Below are positions 50,451 to 64,000 of a DNA stretch of 64,000 nucleotides, in pieces. Both the position numbers and the translations under genes were made by a program. This stretch comes from Eledone cirrhosa (taxonomy: Eukaryota), in contig OZ024740.1 of NCBI GenBank assembly GCA_964016885.1, positions 413,540,001-413,604,000 on the forward strand, given 5' to 3'. Numbering within the stretch: the first letter of the stretch is position 1; each line of letters opens with the position of its first letter. The notes under the pieces were generated by a model, which saw only the letters and a list, made by a program, of their open reading frames with translations, was not told the DNA's origin and made no database searches.

Positions 50451-51459
50451 TTGTAGATATAACCGATTGCCTTTACATATTTTACAGTTATTTGTCCGAT
50501 TATCAGAAGGCGAGCGCTGTTATTCTGATTACAAAGACCTTTGTACACGAAATATGAATTATAATTCATATTGAATATGAATTATGATTCATATCGAAAA
50601 GCTATTTGCATTAAAAAGTCAGGAATTAATTACCAGTCTGATTTGTCTTATGGGCATTTTTGTGTGTCACAATTAATTGAATAATTACTATTTGTTCAAA
50701 CCCTGTGTTTTGTTATGAGCTCATTGCGTTTTGGGGGATTATTTTTTACTAAAGATCAGTTAGTCTTCACACTGTCTTCTGGATGAAATAGGGTTGATGT
50801 ATGGTTCTATCGATTTATATCTACTCATGAGCAATAATATTTTTTAATTTGTTTCCAAACATAAGTTGTAAAGTTCGCTGATTGGCCAAAATATACGATA
50901 CTCTCCTGCCATTTCACCATGAATTAGCATTTCTGACGATTTACTTTGCACTACATCAATCAACACAAAACAAATCTTGACAGGAAATCATTAGTAAATA
51001 GCACCTCTAGTCTATATAGAATTCACCATAAAAATAGAATAATGATGGATGCTATGTTCAAAGTACAGCATAAATCTCTATTAAACACATACCTGACACT
51101 GACTTATCTAAAACATAAATAACACCCCTAGAGTGAAACTTCATAAATCAAAAGGTCAAATATTCATTTTCCTGTGGTTCTGTGCCAATCAAATCGGTAG
51201 CAACGCATGTTTACAGCATTTACTCCAGAATTAATTGTCTGAAAATGTTGATGACGGATGGATAAACATTTAGAAAGAGAGACTAACATAACACAGCCAA
51301 CTATTGGAAACATATATATATAATTTAAAACATGTGGAATATATACATGAAACAGAAATCTCTGAAGAAAGAAGCACATCGACAATACCCACTCGCTGGC
51401 TGCCTTCTGGGGGATCATTATATTTTTCTTGTGCCTAAAGTAGAAACAATTATATTTTT

Positions 51460-51652
51460 AGGTGATGGATTGGCAGTATCGGTAGAGAGTCGGATACCAT
51501 GCTTTGCAGCTTAGAGTTACGGTCCTTTACGGTCTGAGTTCAAATCCCGCCGAGGTTAACTTTGCCTTTCATCCTTACATGGTCGATAAAATAATGTACC
51601 AATCATGCACTGGGATAATTGCTGGTATTGTGCCAAAAGTAGAAACAATTAT
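51460..51652 (+). mobile_element. SINE family 1
   Basis: Full-length match, preceded by another SINE 3' end at about 51428-51452. Confidence 0.85.
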
Positions 51653-51821
51653 ATTTTCGGGTGCTTCCCAAAACAAGACTATTCATCCCTAGTGCATCAA
51701 TAGTATCTACGCAACTGACACTAGATAAAATCACATGAGGAAAATTGCTACAATCGAAAACACAGAAATGTTGATAGGCAGACGTGTTGGGAATAAAGAA
51801 ATAAATATAAGTATGAAATTA

Positions 51822-52031
51822 GAAATTAGAAATTATAAGCTTTCACCGGATTTCAGACAAAAGAAATTTCTAGCCTCATAGTGGGGTTTATAACCCTCAG
51901 AGAAATGGAAAAAGATGAGTGTTGCCGGCAACACTCATCTTTTTCCATTTCTCTGAGGGTTATAAACCCCACTATGAGGCTAGAAATTTCTTTTGTCTGA
52001 AATCCGGTGAAAGCTTATAATTTCTAATTTC
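51822..52031. repeat. Perfect 210-bp spacerless palindrome
   Basis: 105-bp arms centred on gcc|ggc at 51926/51927. Confidence 0.93.
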
Positions 52032-52481
52032 AAACTCGCGCATCTTTTCAAAATCATACTTAGATGTTTACTTTTATAATTTGCTTGTTTAATATAAGTA
52101 TGTTTGACCACGTCGTCTGCAAATCCCCATTGACTGATACTACACCTGCCAAATTTGATACAACTTCCAATAAGGCGGCAAATTCCATTCATGTTCCAGA
52201 CGATTTTGAAGAGGAGCGATGAAGGTACGCACCTTAGGAACAGTCCGACACCCACATTGAATGACTTCCACTTGCTGTCATTTTATCCGACCACAAATCA
52301 TATAGGGACTATTCAATTGAGTTTTTGAAATAAAATTATTTCAAATTCATTATGTATACATATAATAAAGATAAACTTAATCTGGTTGAGAGACAATGTA
52401 CTACCTCAAACTTATGTACGTAATTTGGACAGATATACACAATGATTTGTATAGGTGAATCTGTCAATCTCTCTCTCTTTC

Positions 52482-52516
<35 letters not shown>

Positions 52517-52535
52517 CTCTCTCTCTCTCTATCTA

Positions 52536-52604
<69 letters not shown>

Positions 52605-53333
52605 CGGAGGAACTGAGCAGAACCAACGGCCTTCCAAATAATACTTTTTATTTTCTTGTGGTAGTGAAAGCACCCACTTTTTGTTACAACAACTTTCTAA
52701 GAAAGGGAAACTCTGAAGAAAGCCTGCGGCTTCGGTAGCATCCATGTTGACCAGTTCTCCTTTTCGGGTAGTGTTTTCGATGCCCAGAGAGTGGGATTGG
52801 TCTTCAAAGGCCTTTCCCCTCTTAAAAAACCTTCAAAGCACAGGCATTGCCTGTTCAGGATATGTTACAGGTCGGTGTGGCTGGCCGTAGCCTAAATTTG
52901 CGCTATTTTCTGTACTCTGAGAAGCGATTGCAATACGCTTAGCAGCGTTTGCAGCCATCATATATATATATATTAATACCAATGAGATTAGTTGCTTTCA
53001 ATGTTAAATTATTCTGCAATAAAAAAAAATCGAGAGTAATCAAGTTAAACTACTCCCCTTGTGCTCTACATATCTCAGTAAGAACTGTTATCACACAGAC
53101 CATTCGTGGAGTTATTGGTATTTAGCTAAATACGCAGAGGCCGTTCTGGATTTCCATAGTTTATTTAATTATTTCATAAACAAAAGTATGGACGATGAAG
53201 AAACGTCTCTTCGTTTACACTTATATATATATATACATATACAAACACACACACGCACGCATGCACACACATACACACGCATACATACACACATATATAC
53301 AAACATACGTACTTACATATATATATATATATT

Positions 53334-53364
<31 letters not shown>

Positions 53365-53689
53365 TTTTGTGTGAGTATGAACATGTATATATGTATATGT
53401 GTGTTTGTGTGCGTGTTTATAATATATTCTATGGAATTTACAACGTCACACGGTCACGTACCAGCAGCTTTGATATATATTAGATATATATTATAATATG
53501 TCATGTGTATATATTATACTATGAACGGGGTGAAACTACTTCCTTTATTATTAAGCTTTAATTAACTGATTAAGAAACAGATATAGTCAATTTCAGAAAT
53601 GACTATCTCATCTTTCTAAGCTGTTCCCTTCTATTAATATAGTATTCTTTTTTTTTTTCTTGTAAGTAAATGTCATATTTCATTTACAT

Positions 53690-54071
53690 CTAGCCGAATT
53701 ACCCGCGCCTTGCTGCGTTTCACACATTTTGTTTCGTAAGAAAATCATGATTGATTTTAAATCAATGATATCATTTATGGAGAAAAACTCCATTGGTATG
53801 TCTTAATGTTTTTGAAATATGCTGAAACTTTGTGAATAGGCATCATATCTTGTCATTTACCTGTGGTCTAAATTTCATATGAATCGAAGTAAAACAATTT
53901 TCAGCGGGGGTTTGTGACCCCGGGGAACCCTTTGATTAAAATGAAATATACTTATCCAAGTACCCTGGGCAACGTAGTTTCAGAATATATATGGTTATGA
54001 AGGTCTATCTCCAAAATCATAGCAGGAGTTCGTGAACAAACAAACAAACAGTAACTACAACTTTATATATA
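53690..54071 (-). mobile_element. Non-autonomous Helitron-like element
   Basis: Minus 3' end gcagcaaggcgcgggtaattcggCTAG resembles the 48754 end; (TTTG)n near the 5' end. Confidence 0.6.
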
Positions 54072-54160
54072 TTCTTGTTACAACACATCTTGTTCAATTT
54101 ATTGAACCAGACTCTCCTACCCCAAGTATAGAGTACTCTGGTGAGTAATGGTCAAACCAG

Positions 54161-54196
<36 letters not shown>

Positions 54197-54305
54197 GTTA
54201 TTACTCTAAGGCCCCAACTTATCGAGTGCTTTGCTAACTCATCATTTCATATAAGTAGGCCGAATTTACTTGCAAACCGCCAGAGATTCGATTTTACTAT
54301 TTTCC

Positions 54306-54308
<3 letters not shown>

Positions 54309-54402
<94 letters not shown>

Positions 54403-54428
54403 TATGTATTTATGGGTGTATATGTATT

Positions 54429-54515
<87 letters not shown>

Positions 54516-54562
54516 ATATATATACATACATATGTATGTATGGGTGTATCTGTATATATATA
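54309..54562. repeat. (TA)n microsatellite (one of many such tracts)
   Basis: Direct reading. Confidence 0.95.
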
Positions 54563-54568
54563 TTTAAA

Positions 54569-54599
<31 letters not shown>

Positions 54600-55185
54600 T
54601 ATTTTCTTATTTTACGTCTTTTATATTATTGTTCTGCATTCTCCTGCATTGAACCACCTAGGTACTATGACATAACCTGTGTATTTGCTAGCATGGGCGT
54701 GCATCTGTGCGCTTATGTTAGTTGATATATTAAATTATCTATATTTATCTCCAAATCACTGATTTGTCGAGCAAACTTGCCAAAACCACTTCTAAAAAAA
54801 TTTTTTTTGGGGTGTTAGTAGGCGTCAGTCAACTTACCATCCCATTCCTTCTAACTAGCCTCTGTGTCACGTGATTGATTCTTTAGAATCGGCCATTTGA
54901 CTTGAAGCAGTGAGAATTTCGGTACATAGAATCCAGTCCTCGCAAGCTGTTCGATCTACCGAATTATTATTATTTTTATATGAGCCGCCAGTGTCCGCGC
55001 ATTGCCTGGAGACTTAACTGAGAATAGACTCCCTGATGACGCAATGAATTCTCGACAGTTGGATTACGTAACTGTCTTTATCCCATTGCAGAAACTAATT
55101 AGTTGGAGTGAAAATTTAAGTAAGTAAAAAATTTTAAAAAAATTTTTTTTTTTTAAGATATTTTCTTATTTTACGTCTTTTATAT
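54562..55185 (+). mobile_element. Terminally redundant non-coding hammerhead element, unit about 559 nt
   Basis: aagatattttcttattttacgtcttttatat occurs at 54596 and 55155; TA tracts on both sides. Confidence 0.72.
55028..55109 (+). ncRNA. Type I hammerhead ribozyme
   Basis: actcc-CTGATGA-c-gcaatg..gacagtt...aactgtc..cattgc-a-GAA-actaattagt-T-ggagt. Confidence 0.78.
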
Positions 55186-55716
55186 ATATATATATATATA
55201 TACAGAGATATCCAGGGTAAGTTGTGGGGTCAAGTCTGCATGAAGAACTCAATGCAATCCATGTGTTGAAAATGTTGTAGGTTAAAATAAATCCCGGAAA
55301 ACAATAAAACATTGAAAGGAAAACAGAGTCATGATATAAGTTAAAACAATGAAATAAATTTATTTCATTGTTTTAACTTATATATATATATGTGTGTGTG
55401 TGTGTAAATTTTGTATATCTAAAGACTCTTTAGATATACGAAATTCATATACATCTTTCTATACAGCTATGTGGAAGGTAAATTTAAAAACATCATCTTT
55501 GACTGTTCCCTTGTCGTTTAAGATCAGATTGCCTCTAGAACACAATCTTCTTATTTAATGAAGCTGTCTGATGAGATCCTGGCACTGATTAAGCGGAATA
55601 GCGTGGCCACTGTAGTCATTGAAATATGTAACACAGCCTTATCAATAAAGGACTTTAACATCTACAACTACTTCTTTCGCACTTTCTTATTCTCTCTGTC
55701 ACTCTCTCTCTCTCTC

Positions 55717-55785
<69 letters not shown>

Positions 55786-55811
55786 TTACATGAATATATA
55801 TATATATATGT

Positions 55812-55873
<62 letters not shown>

Positions 55874-55907
55874 AAGATATATATATATATATATATACAT
55901 ATAAATA

Positions 55908-55940
<33 letters not shown>

Positions 55941-55945
55941 CAAAG

Positions 55946-55980
<35 letters not shown>

Positions 55981-55984
<4 letters not shown>

Positions 55985-56175
55985 AACGAGTAGGACCCCG
56001 ACGGCTGAGCTCAAGCCGTTTCGACGGCTAATTCTGCGTCCAGAATTAGCCGTCGAAACGGCTTGAGCTCAGCCGTCGGGGTCCTACTCGTTCCTATTAC
56101 CCACTCTACTACCCTAAGTATTGAGTACTTTGGTGCGTTATGGTCCACCTGGTTCCTTACCACATTTCCTCCGTT
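55981..56175 (+). mobile_element. Family F3 fold-back with a perfect 56-bp hairpin
   Basis: Arms 55981-56036 and 56041-56096, loop cgtc. Confidence 0.87.
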
Positions 56176-56477
56176 ATATATATAATATATATATATATAT
56201 ATGTTGCTGACGTCTTGTCAACCTGGGTAGTCTTTAGGGTTGAGCCTAAATGCACCACATTACCCAGGCAAATATAATAATACTGTAAATGTTAGTATAT
56301 CAAAATATTTAGTCGAAGCACCACTACCATTTGTTCTATGACCTATCACGCCTTCCCTACATAAACTGTCGTAACAAGATCTGTTATAAATAGCGTTCAA
56401 ATTCTGAAATGTCTGTCTGCCATCTCACATATGTAAATTTCAAATTCCACAACACTGTTCTATACATAGAAAGTCGA

Positions 56478-56587
<110 letters not shown>

Positions 56588-58049
56588 CTATATATATAAT
56601 TTATTACATACATTAACAAAAAAAAGTCATGAAGTCGGCGTCTCAGCTAGCCTATATCATGTTTATTCTTTTATGTGTGTTGGTATTCGTGTTTTGCTTT
56701 TTATTTTCGGAAAAAGAGAGAAACTGTATTTAATAATGAATTGGTTTGGGACGAGATAAATCAACGTCGACAGTACTTGCTGAATATAACTGTGAATTAG
56801 CTAGAGGCAGAAAGAATGATAGACTGTATCAGTATGAAGCTAATAGTTGTTGTAATGTAAAATGCATTGCAACTTTTATAATTTTGTGTTCTACTGTGGA
56901 TGCTGGTCGCATTTAAGTTGAAACATAATGCTTCACACATGCATCGAACTCCTTCTTCAGATAATAAATAATGTCATACGTGACATAATAGTTAATGTCT
57001 GGAGCGAAAGTATAAATATATAGTAACTGAGTTTCCAATGTAAACGGCCATCTACAATTAGATGCGACAACTGGTCAAATGATATTATTTCTAAATTCGA
57101 ATAGACAGAGATATTTGGCCGTCTAATAGCTCTAATCATATATATAATGCTGTTAAACTCCTTTTACAAATGGCCTGCCAACCGATGCTGTCGGTCAACT
57201 TACCTTTAGTTTTATGAATTGTATTTAATCAACTTTCTGCCGACAGATGTACCTATATTTTCCTACTAGTTTCGCTTCTTGGTAATCAAAGAAACCTGAT
57301 TAAATTATTACTATCATCGAAATCATTTTAATGCATTTTAATATATTTATAATGACCTGAGGTTTATCAGAATTTTCGAATTTCCTAAACAGCTCCTAAT
57401 ATTTTTAATGTCGATTTGTTTGAACACTGAATGTTGCCTACGGCCGTATTTTACATGTCTAGCTTGACCACAAACCCCAACAACATATGACAATGGCTTG
57501 TATTCTCATTCCTACCTACACTAGTTCTACCCTACTTTACTTCTCTTCTCGTATAAAGGCGATTTAGTTCGTTATGTTTTACTTTTGAGATATTGATTCC
57601 TTAAGATCAAGGAAAATGTGGCTTGACGTTCTGATTAAGAGAAATTTCCTTATTTAAACTATAAAGTTTAAAGGGGCTTGAGGGAGATGTAGGAGCTATA
57701 ATGAGTCGAAAGTTAGAAATTACTGCTTATCGACAGGCTAAATCTGGTTTCTTTCAATTACAGACGAAAATGAAGAAAATGATTAAAATTCCTCCTTTCT
57801 GTCAACGATTTTTACAGCACTTCATTAGGCTCAGACACACTTCCTCACACACATGCAAGCGCTCCCTCTCGCACACGTACACAACTATACACAACTCATT
57901 CATTCTTACTTGAATACTGAGAGAGCGGATGGTCGACTTAATATAGTATCTGACCACCAAACGATGTATCTGTGGTTTAGATCTCATCATTGGAGCCGCC
58001 TAGTTACGTTGGCTCAGCGACCTGATTTGTGTATCAGCTGAAATTCTTA

Positions 58050-58390
58050 AAAAGCAGGTCAAAAACTAACCAACTGGAAAACACCAGGGCCCACATAGTG
58101 CTGAAGGATACTGGATGAAAAATAATATAATATCCCTCCACCGAAAACTGACAGCCATGTTCAATGACCTTTTGGTGCCGGGTGAAGTACAAGAGTGGTT
58201 GACAAAAGGTACCACAGTTCTGATAATGTAAGACCGAATCAAGGGTAATGAGGTTACCAACTATAGGCCTATTACATGTCTGTCCGTAATATGGAAACTG
58301 CTAACAAGCATTGTGTCTGAGGAAATCTACTATCAACTCCACATAAGCAACTTATTGCCGGACGAATAGAAAGGATGTCAAAAGAAGATG
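58050..58390 (+). mobile_element. Old fragment of R4-like family A RT
   Basis: Homologous to 12143-12475. Confidence 0.85.
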
Positions 58391-59325
58391 GTCAATATGG
58401 CCATGACCTTCAAGATCGACATCCTTAGTTAAGTATTGTGTATAGTATAACCCTCATGAATAAACAGCAACTATGTCGACGAACCGTTTCTTTGCTTTAC
58501 AATGTCAAGTCGAATTTTTCTAGAAATAATTGTTACCTGCGAAAAGGCAATGTTCACTACAGCCTGCGAATTATTTCTCGAATATTATAAAAAATGGCTA
58601 CACCTAGGCTCCGTGAATACGTTTCATTGAAGAAAAGGCTTATGGGCTTATGTAAGCTTTATGCATATTTCAAAAACAATATTTATAATCAGGTGTCGAT
58701 AAAGGCTGTAATAACGTCTAGTTTCCTGGCTGAGAGCAATCTATGTTTCTAGTAAATGTGTTGATTATTTTGATGCAGATCTACATGTGCTAAACATTTA
58801 TGTTGGTTAACGGCTTCTATATTAATGCTAGTATTCGGTGATAAAATTCAGAAATCCTCCCATTTGAATGTCCTTCTAATGATGCTAACATACCTATACA
58901 TATAATCAACAAGATAATCGACCATTATCTTCAATTATGACTAGTAGTAAAATCTTAAGGAAATCTAATTTAATATATTTAAATATAAGTGTATTCATTG
59001 CCAATCCTAAACATCACCATTGCTCAAATAACACTTCTCACACCCTGAGGTTCTCATTCACAGTAATTAACTCTTCTCCCAATTCCTGTTTCCATCTTGA
59101 ATAGTTTGTGTTTTTGCTTCTCCTATTCTGTCTAAGTTACAGTGTTTCAGTGGCATGACATATTAAACGACAATCATGATTTTACAGAAATGAAGGTAAT
59201 ATTCTTCAGCTGTTGAGGAATGACAAAATTAAAACACAAATTTCACTATTTATACAATTAAATCATTCTTATAAATGTTTAAATGTTATCGCAAATTTCG
59301 TTTCCTTTTATTATTTTACTATTAT

Positions 59326-60024
59326 AGGGTGGTGGATTGGCAGTATCGGTAGAGGGTCCGACGCCATGCTTTGCAGCAGAGAGTTACGGCTCTTTATGAT
59401 CTGAGTTCAAATCCCGCCGAGGTTAACTTTGCCTTTCATCCTTACGGTGTCGATAAAATAAAGTACCATTCAGGCACTGGGGCCGATTTAATGGACTTTC
59501 CCCTACCCTAGAATTGTTGGCCTTCTGGCTATATAAGAAACCATTATTTCAGGGTTGGACGCCATGCTTTCTAGCATAGTTACGTCCCTTTACAGTCTGA
59601 GTTCAAATCCCGCCGAAGTTAACTTTGCATTTCATCCTTACGGGGTCGATAAAATAAAGTACCAGTAATTGTTGGCTTTGTGCCTAAAGTAGAAACAATT
59701 ATTTCACTATTATATAATATTTAATTTCTTATAAATAATTCCAGTTTTTAAGGAGCAAATAATTCAACAATATCATGTCTGTAATTGGTGATGGTTACAT
59801 ATTGACATTTTGTATAAAATATAGCTACATAGTAATTGTTTCTACTTTTGGCACAAGGCCAGCAATTAACCAGTGTATTACTGGTACATTATTTTATCGA
59901 CCCCGTAATGATGAAAGGCAAAGTTAACCTCGGTGGGATTTGAACTCAGAATGGCAAGGGCCGTAACTCTATGCGTCAAAGCACGGTGTCCGACCCTCTA
60001 CCGATACTGCCAATCCACCACCCT
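59326..60024. mobile_element. Cluster of three family 1 SINEs (59326-59548 +, 59553-59700 +, 59833-60024 -)
   Basis: Each matches 8789-8977. Confidence 0.85.
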
Positions 60025-61519
60025 TATAGTAATAACAGAATGTCTAATGCGTAGTGGTCGGGGTGTCTTTCAGGAAGTACAGTACTCAGTTACATCACTG
60101 GACCCCTTAACGGAACGAGGGGATAGAGTGATGTCCCGTAAGCCGAATGACGATAGGTGGGGTCTCTTTTCCTATTATCAGTCTTGTTGATTAGACGTAT
60201 AGTTGGTTTGAGATTAAGTATATATCCTAAGTATGCTGACCAGAGGCTAGGCAGGTATGGCTCTCGTGGAGATATCCCAACTAAACGAGATTGAAGATAG
60301 GAGAGGACCAGCGAGGTAGGTGATGTTACGACTTTTACTTATATTAAGTTATTCCAGCATCGTACATTTATTTTCTTATTAATTTCTCTTCTTGGTGGCC
60401 TGTGAATAATATGTTGACAAGAATAAGGATCAGCATTGAGCCCATAAGAACCCTCTGTAACAAGGGAGGTGTGATCACCTGCATTCGGAAAATGAAGGTG
60501 CAATTCGGAAAATGAAGTCTGCAAGCCTTGAAGATGTGGCAGGATTTATGATTCTGTACTCGGTGAGAAATGCGTTGGCGTTGTACATTGAAATGAACAA
60601 ACCAGAGAAGAGTAACTGTGAGACAGCCGCGATCGTTTAAAAGTCAGTGATGTAGGTGTACGGACATGGTAAGTGACGGCAAGGAGCCGAAGCCAGAAAT
60701 GTGTTGCTACCGGTGTTAGCGGTCAAGCTATATCGCCAGGAAATGCTGCCGGGAATGCGATCAAGGTCGACGGTAGCTATGATTGCAAGGGAATAAATGC
60801 TTGCCTGTATTCGCTGCCCGTAGAGGAGATTCTGGTAAGGGAAGTTGTCAAGAGTCCACTTGGACACGGGCTGCATATTAACCTTAGTGCCCAAGAAGTG
60901 GTTGAACATTGGAGTGGGATGAGTAACGAAAGGGCAGCTGATGTTAGAGTAATAAGATGTAGAGGCAGTAGTGAAATGGAGATGGTGGTACTGGGAATAA
61001 GAATATGGCTGCGAGCAATTGTGATCGACAATATGGTTGAGTTGGTGGTGCGCATAGATTGGCCACGTAGCAAGTAATAGAGTTAGTCATGACAGGATAT
61101 ATAGAAATATCATGCGAGACGATAGTCGTTATATACGTATCTCTCCTTATTACAATCTTGTCATTTTATATGAGTAGGCGTGTGAGAATTGAAGATGAGA
61201 TTTTGTTTGTCATAACTTTCACAAGAATATTAAGTCCACGATAAGTGTCGATTATGAGGCATAACAATTTCAATTATGTACAAACTGGACCGATGATGTT
61301 TTTTGTTCAAACAAGGACTGTTCAACGGAGAAAGGGCTCTGATTATACACGATATACGAATGGTATTTTGGTATTTTGATGCTTTCTTAGCAGTATTAGT
61401 AATAAAATTGGTATGTAATATCACCACACCTATATTAGATTTGGCTTCTGTGAGGTATTTCTCAAAGCGTATATATTCTTAGTGAATTTCCATATATTTG
61501 CAGTCTTAGATATCTAGTA

Positions 61520-61640
61520 GTGAAGGCGCGTGGCTGAGTGGTAAGAGAATTGGATTAACAATCGTGAGTTTATAAGTTCGATTCCTGGACTGGGCGATGC
61601 GTTATGTCCTTGAGCAAGATACTTTATTTCACGTTGCTCC
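61520..61640 (+). mobile_element. SINE family 2 head
   Basis: A box tggctgagtggt, B box gttcgattcc, then gtccttgagcaagatactttatttcac. Confidence 0.75.
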
Positions 61641-62305
61641 TACCTGGATTGCGACCGTTAGAAAGTATTAACAATTGGAAAGACCAACGGAAACATTGTT
61701 TCCACGGTCCGATTTGACGAAAGTCGATCGACTATATATATAGATATCTAATAGACTGGCTATAGTTGCCGCAGCTAGTTATCAGCTTTACATAGCCCAG
61801 GTATCAATTTACAGTTGTGTCGGATGAGCTAGAAAATATTACATATCTTTTCCCTGGACTTAATATATACTGTTTGTACAGAACAACCTACATCAATATT
61901 TATATTGAGATATTATGCTACAGGGAATAAAAGCAAACACATAATGTTTAACATGGAAGAAGATGAATGATATGTTATGAAGATTAAGAAAACAAAAAAA
62001 TAAATAATAGAAAGGGAATAAAAATTCTAGATGAATCAATCAGTGAGTGTATATTTTAAAACATGATAATATATACGGTAGCCAACGCCAACGTAATGTT
62101 CTGTATGTAATGATATTTCTACTTCCTGCGTTTTCTATATTTTTCAAACAAGAATTAGGACATGGAAAATTATTATACTGTTGACGCCACAGAAAACATA
62201 CAGACGCGCACACAACGTAGCCACGCACAACGTACTCGCCAACATACACACACAAACAAATATGTATGTATGTATGTGTGCATGTGTGTGTATGTACATG
62301 TGTAA

Positions 62306-62387
<82 letters not shown>

Positions 62388-62392
<5 letters not shown>

Positions 62393-62942
62393 CAAGGTTT
62401 AGCAAATAAGAAAAAGATTCAAAATAAATTTTATAAAATTCACTGTACTCACTATGATTACATTTACCGAATCGGTTTCGAGTCTCAAAAATAAATGGAC
62501 AGTCCTTGCGGCCTTCCATTGAAAAGATAAACTCTCGTCAGAAGGTTCTTTTCACTCGGAGAATATAAAATTCCCGAGTTCAAATTACGAACTGGCGCTA
62601 TTCAAAATAGTTCCCGAGATGAGAATGAATGATGTGGAAGCAATTCTGTCCAGTTCAGTGTGTAAAGATTGAAGAAGAGGCAGGGAGGTCAGTCTACTAC
62701 CACTATAAATAGCAGCAGTCAGAACGACCAAATTTTATCTCGACCAAGAGGAGATTAATAATAATAAAGTATATATCCCTACACGCAAAAAGCGTCTAGG
62801 GACACATGTATTGTCCAACCATATGCCAATGTGGTTCAATGGCAGATTAATAAATTAACGAGCCAGAACATATATAATCAAGGTTTAGCAAATAAGAAAA
62901 AGTTTCAAAATAAATTTTAAAAAACTCACTGTACTCACTATG
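62388..62942 (-). mobile_element. Terminally redundant non-coding hammerhead element, unit about 486 nt
   Basis: Direct repeat of about 68 bp at 62388-62456 and 62873-62942; 3' end in (TA)n. Confidence 0.78.
62460..62545 (-). ncRNA. Type I hammerhead ribozyme
   Basis: acctt-CTGACGA-gagt..aatgga...tccatt..actc-GAA-accgattcggt-A-aatgt. Confidence 0.75.
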
Positions 62943-63288
62943 TACTTTATTATTATTATATATATATATATAGTAATAATAATAAATAATAATAAACTTT
63001 AATCTGTTATTTTAATAAATATATATATATATATATATATGTATGTATAAAACGGACGATGTCTGTCTGTGTGAGTGTATTATTTTTATGCATTTCCACA
63101 TTTCTTACCCAATTTTTATGATTTTTTTTCCAATGTGCTCCAAATTTACCGCGTAATAAACTTTGCCAAACATTTCCTGCGTCTTTGAAAAAAAATCGAT
63201 AAACGTAAATACATGCTGTAACCCTCTCTCTTACACACTTAATCCCCCTCTCTATTACCCTCAACAATCGATGAAAGTACATACATGT

Positions 63289-63488
63289 TGCAACTCTCTT
63301 TAAAAGGTTAATCCCTCCCTCTACTCCCCTCTCAATCTCCTCTGCAACTCTCTTTAAAAGGTTCATCCCTCCCTCTACTCCCCTCTCAATCTCCTCTGCA
63401 ACTCTCTTTAAAAGGTTCATCCCTCCCTCTACTCCCCTCTCAATCTCCTCTGCAACTCTCTTTAAAAGGTTAATCCCTCCCTCTACTA
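63289..63488. repeat. 54-bp minisatellite, about 3.7 copies, within a possible Helitron-like repeat (63040 to window end)
   Basis: tgcaactctctttaaaaggtt at 63289, 63343, 63397 and 63451. Confidence 0.9.
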
Positions 63489-64000
63489 CCCTATCACCAT
63501 CACAGTTTACAACATCGACAAAACTTTGTTCAGGAACGCGAAATAAACTTTGAAAACTAAACAACACATCAATTTATACACAACAAACATAGTCATAACG
63601 ACGCTCATACATCAAATAACAAAACTTACAAAGCCGATAAAACTAAATACATGCTCCTCTCTCACCATTACATTTTACACCATTACATTTGACATCAAAT
63701 AACAAATATTCAAAAGCAACAGATGAATTTATACAACAAACGTAGTCATAACGACGCTTAAGCATTTATTTACTTGAATCTCAATAAAGACATTATATTT
63801 TATTGTTGTCCTTTTTGTAATTTTTTTCTTTGTTTTTAGCAATATGAGACAAAAATATAATGAGAGAACTTTTTTCAGGAACGTCCGATTTTGATGATTC
63901 TTTTTCCAGTGTGCTCCAAAATATCGCCCCTGTTTACGCTCTTTCGTGCTATAACTCAGACGGGCTTGGCTTACAGGTTTGACCTACTATTTGACGTGCA

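Noticed and set aside
52713-52740. CTGAAGA-aagcc-tgc-ggctt hairpin
   Set aside because: Not followed by GAAA.
61650-61734. GAA-agtcgatcgact-A half hammerhead
   Set aside because: No upstream CUGANGA; suggestive but incomplete.
63007-63567. 186-aa ORF with 18-aa repeats
   Set aside because: Produced by the 54-bp minisatellite and ends in (TA)n.

Overview
AT-rich, microsatellite-dense eukaryotic DNA. No host protein-coding gene is recognisable; the SINE families and repeat landscape suggest an octopod cephalopod, which is an inference. Known-type content: two divergent R4/Dong-like RLE non-LTR retrotransposon families in (TAA)n tracts (family A: 5 copies plus a fragment; family B: 2 copies), a complete but decayed CsRn1-like Gypsy LTR element (31145-37197), many tRNA-derived SINEs, and RTE, mariner and Helitron remnants. 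The main signal lies outside the ORF track. About 11 type I hammerhead-ribozyme folds (CUGANGA...GAAA, paired stems I/II, mostly palindromic stem III) occur in roughly eight families of short non-coding elements sitting at (TA)n tracts. These elements show fold-back inversions that break inside the ribozyme and share a covarying 3' stem (ACTC/GAGT or GCTC/GAGC). Two carry decayed Penelope-type GIY-YIG tails. Two are terminally redundant non-coding units of about 486 and 559 nt that resemble retrozymes. All RNA folds were made by eye and need computational and biochemical confirmation.
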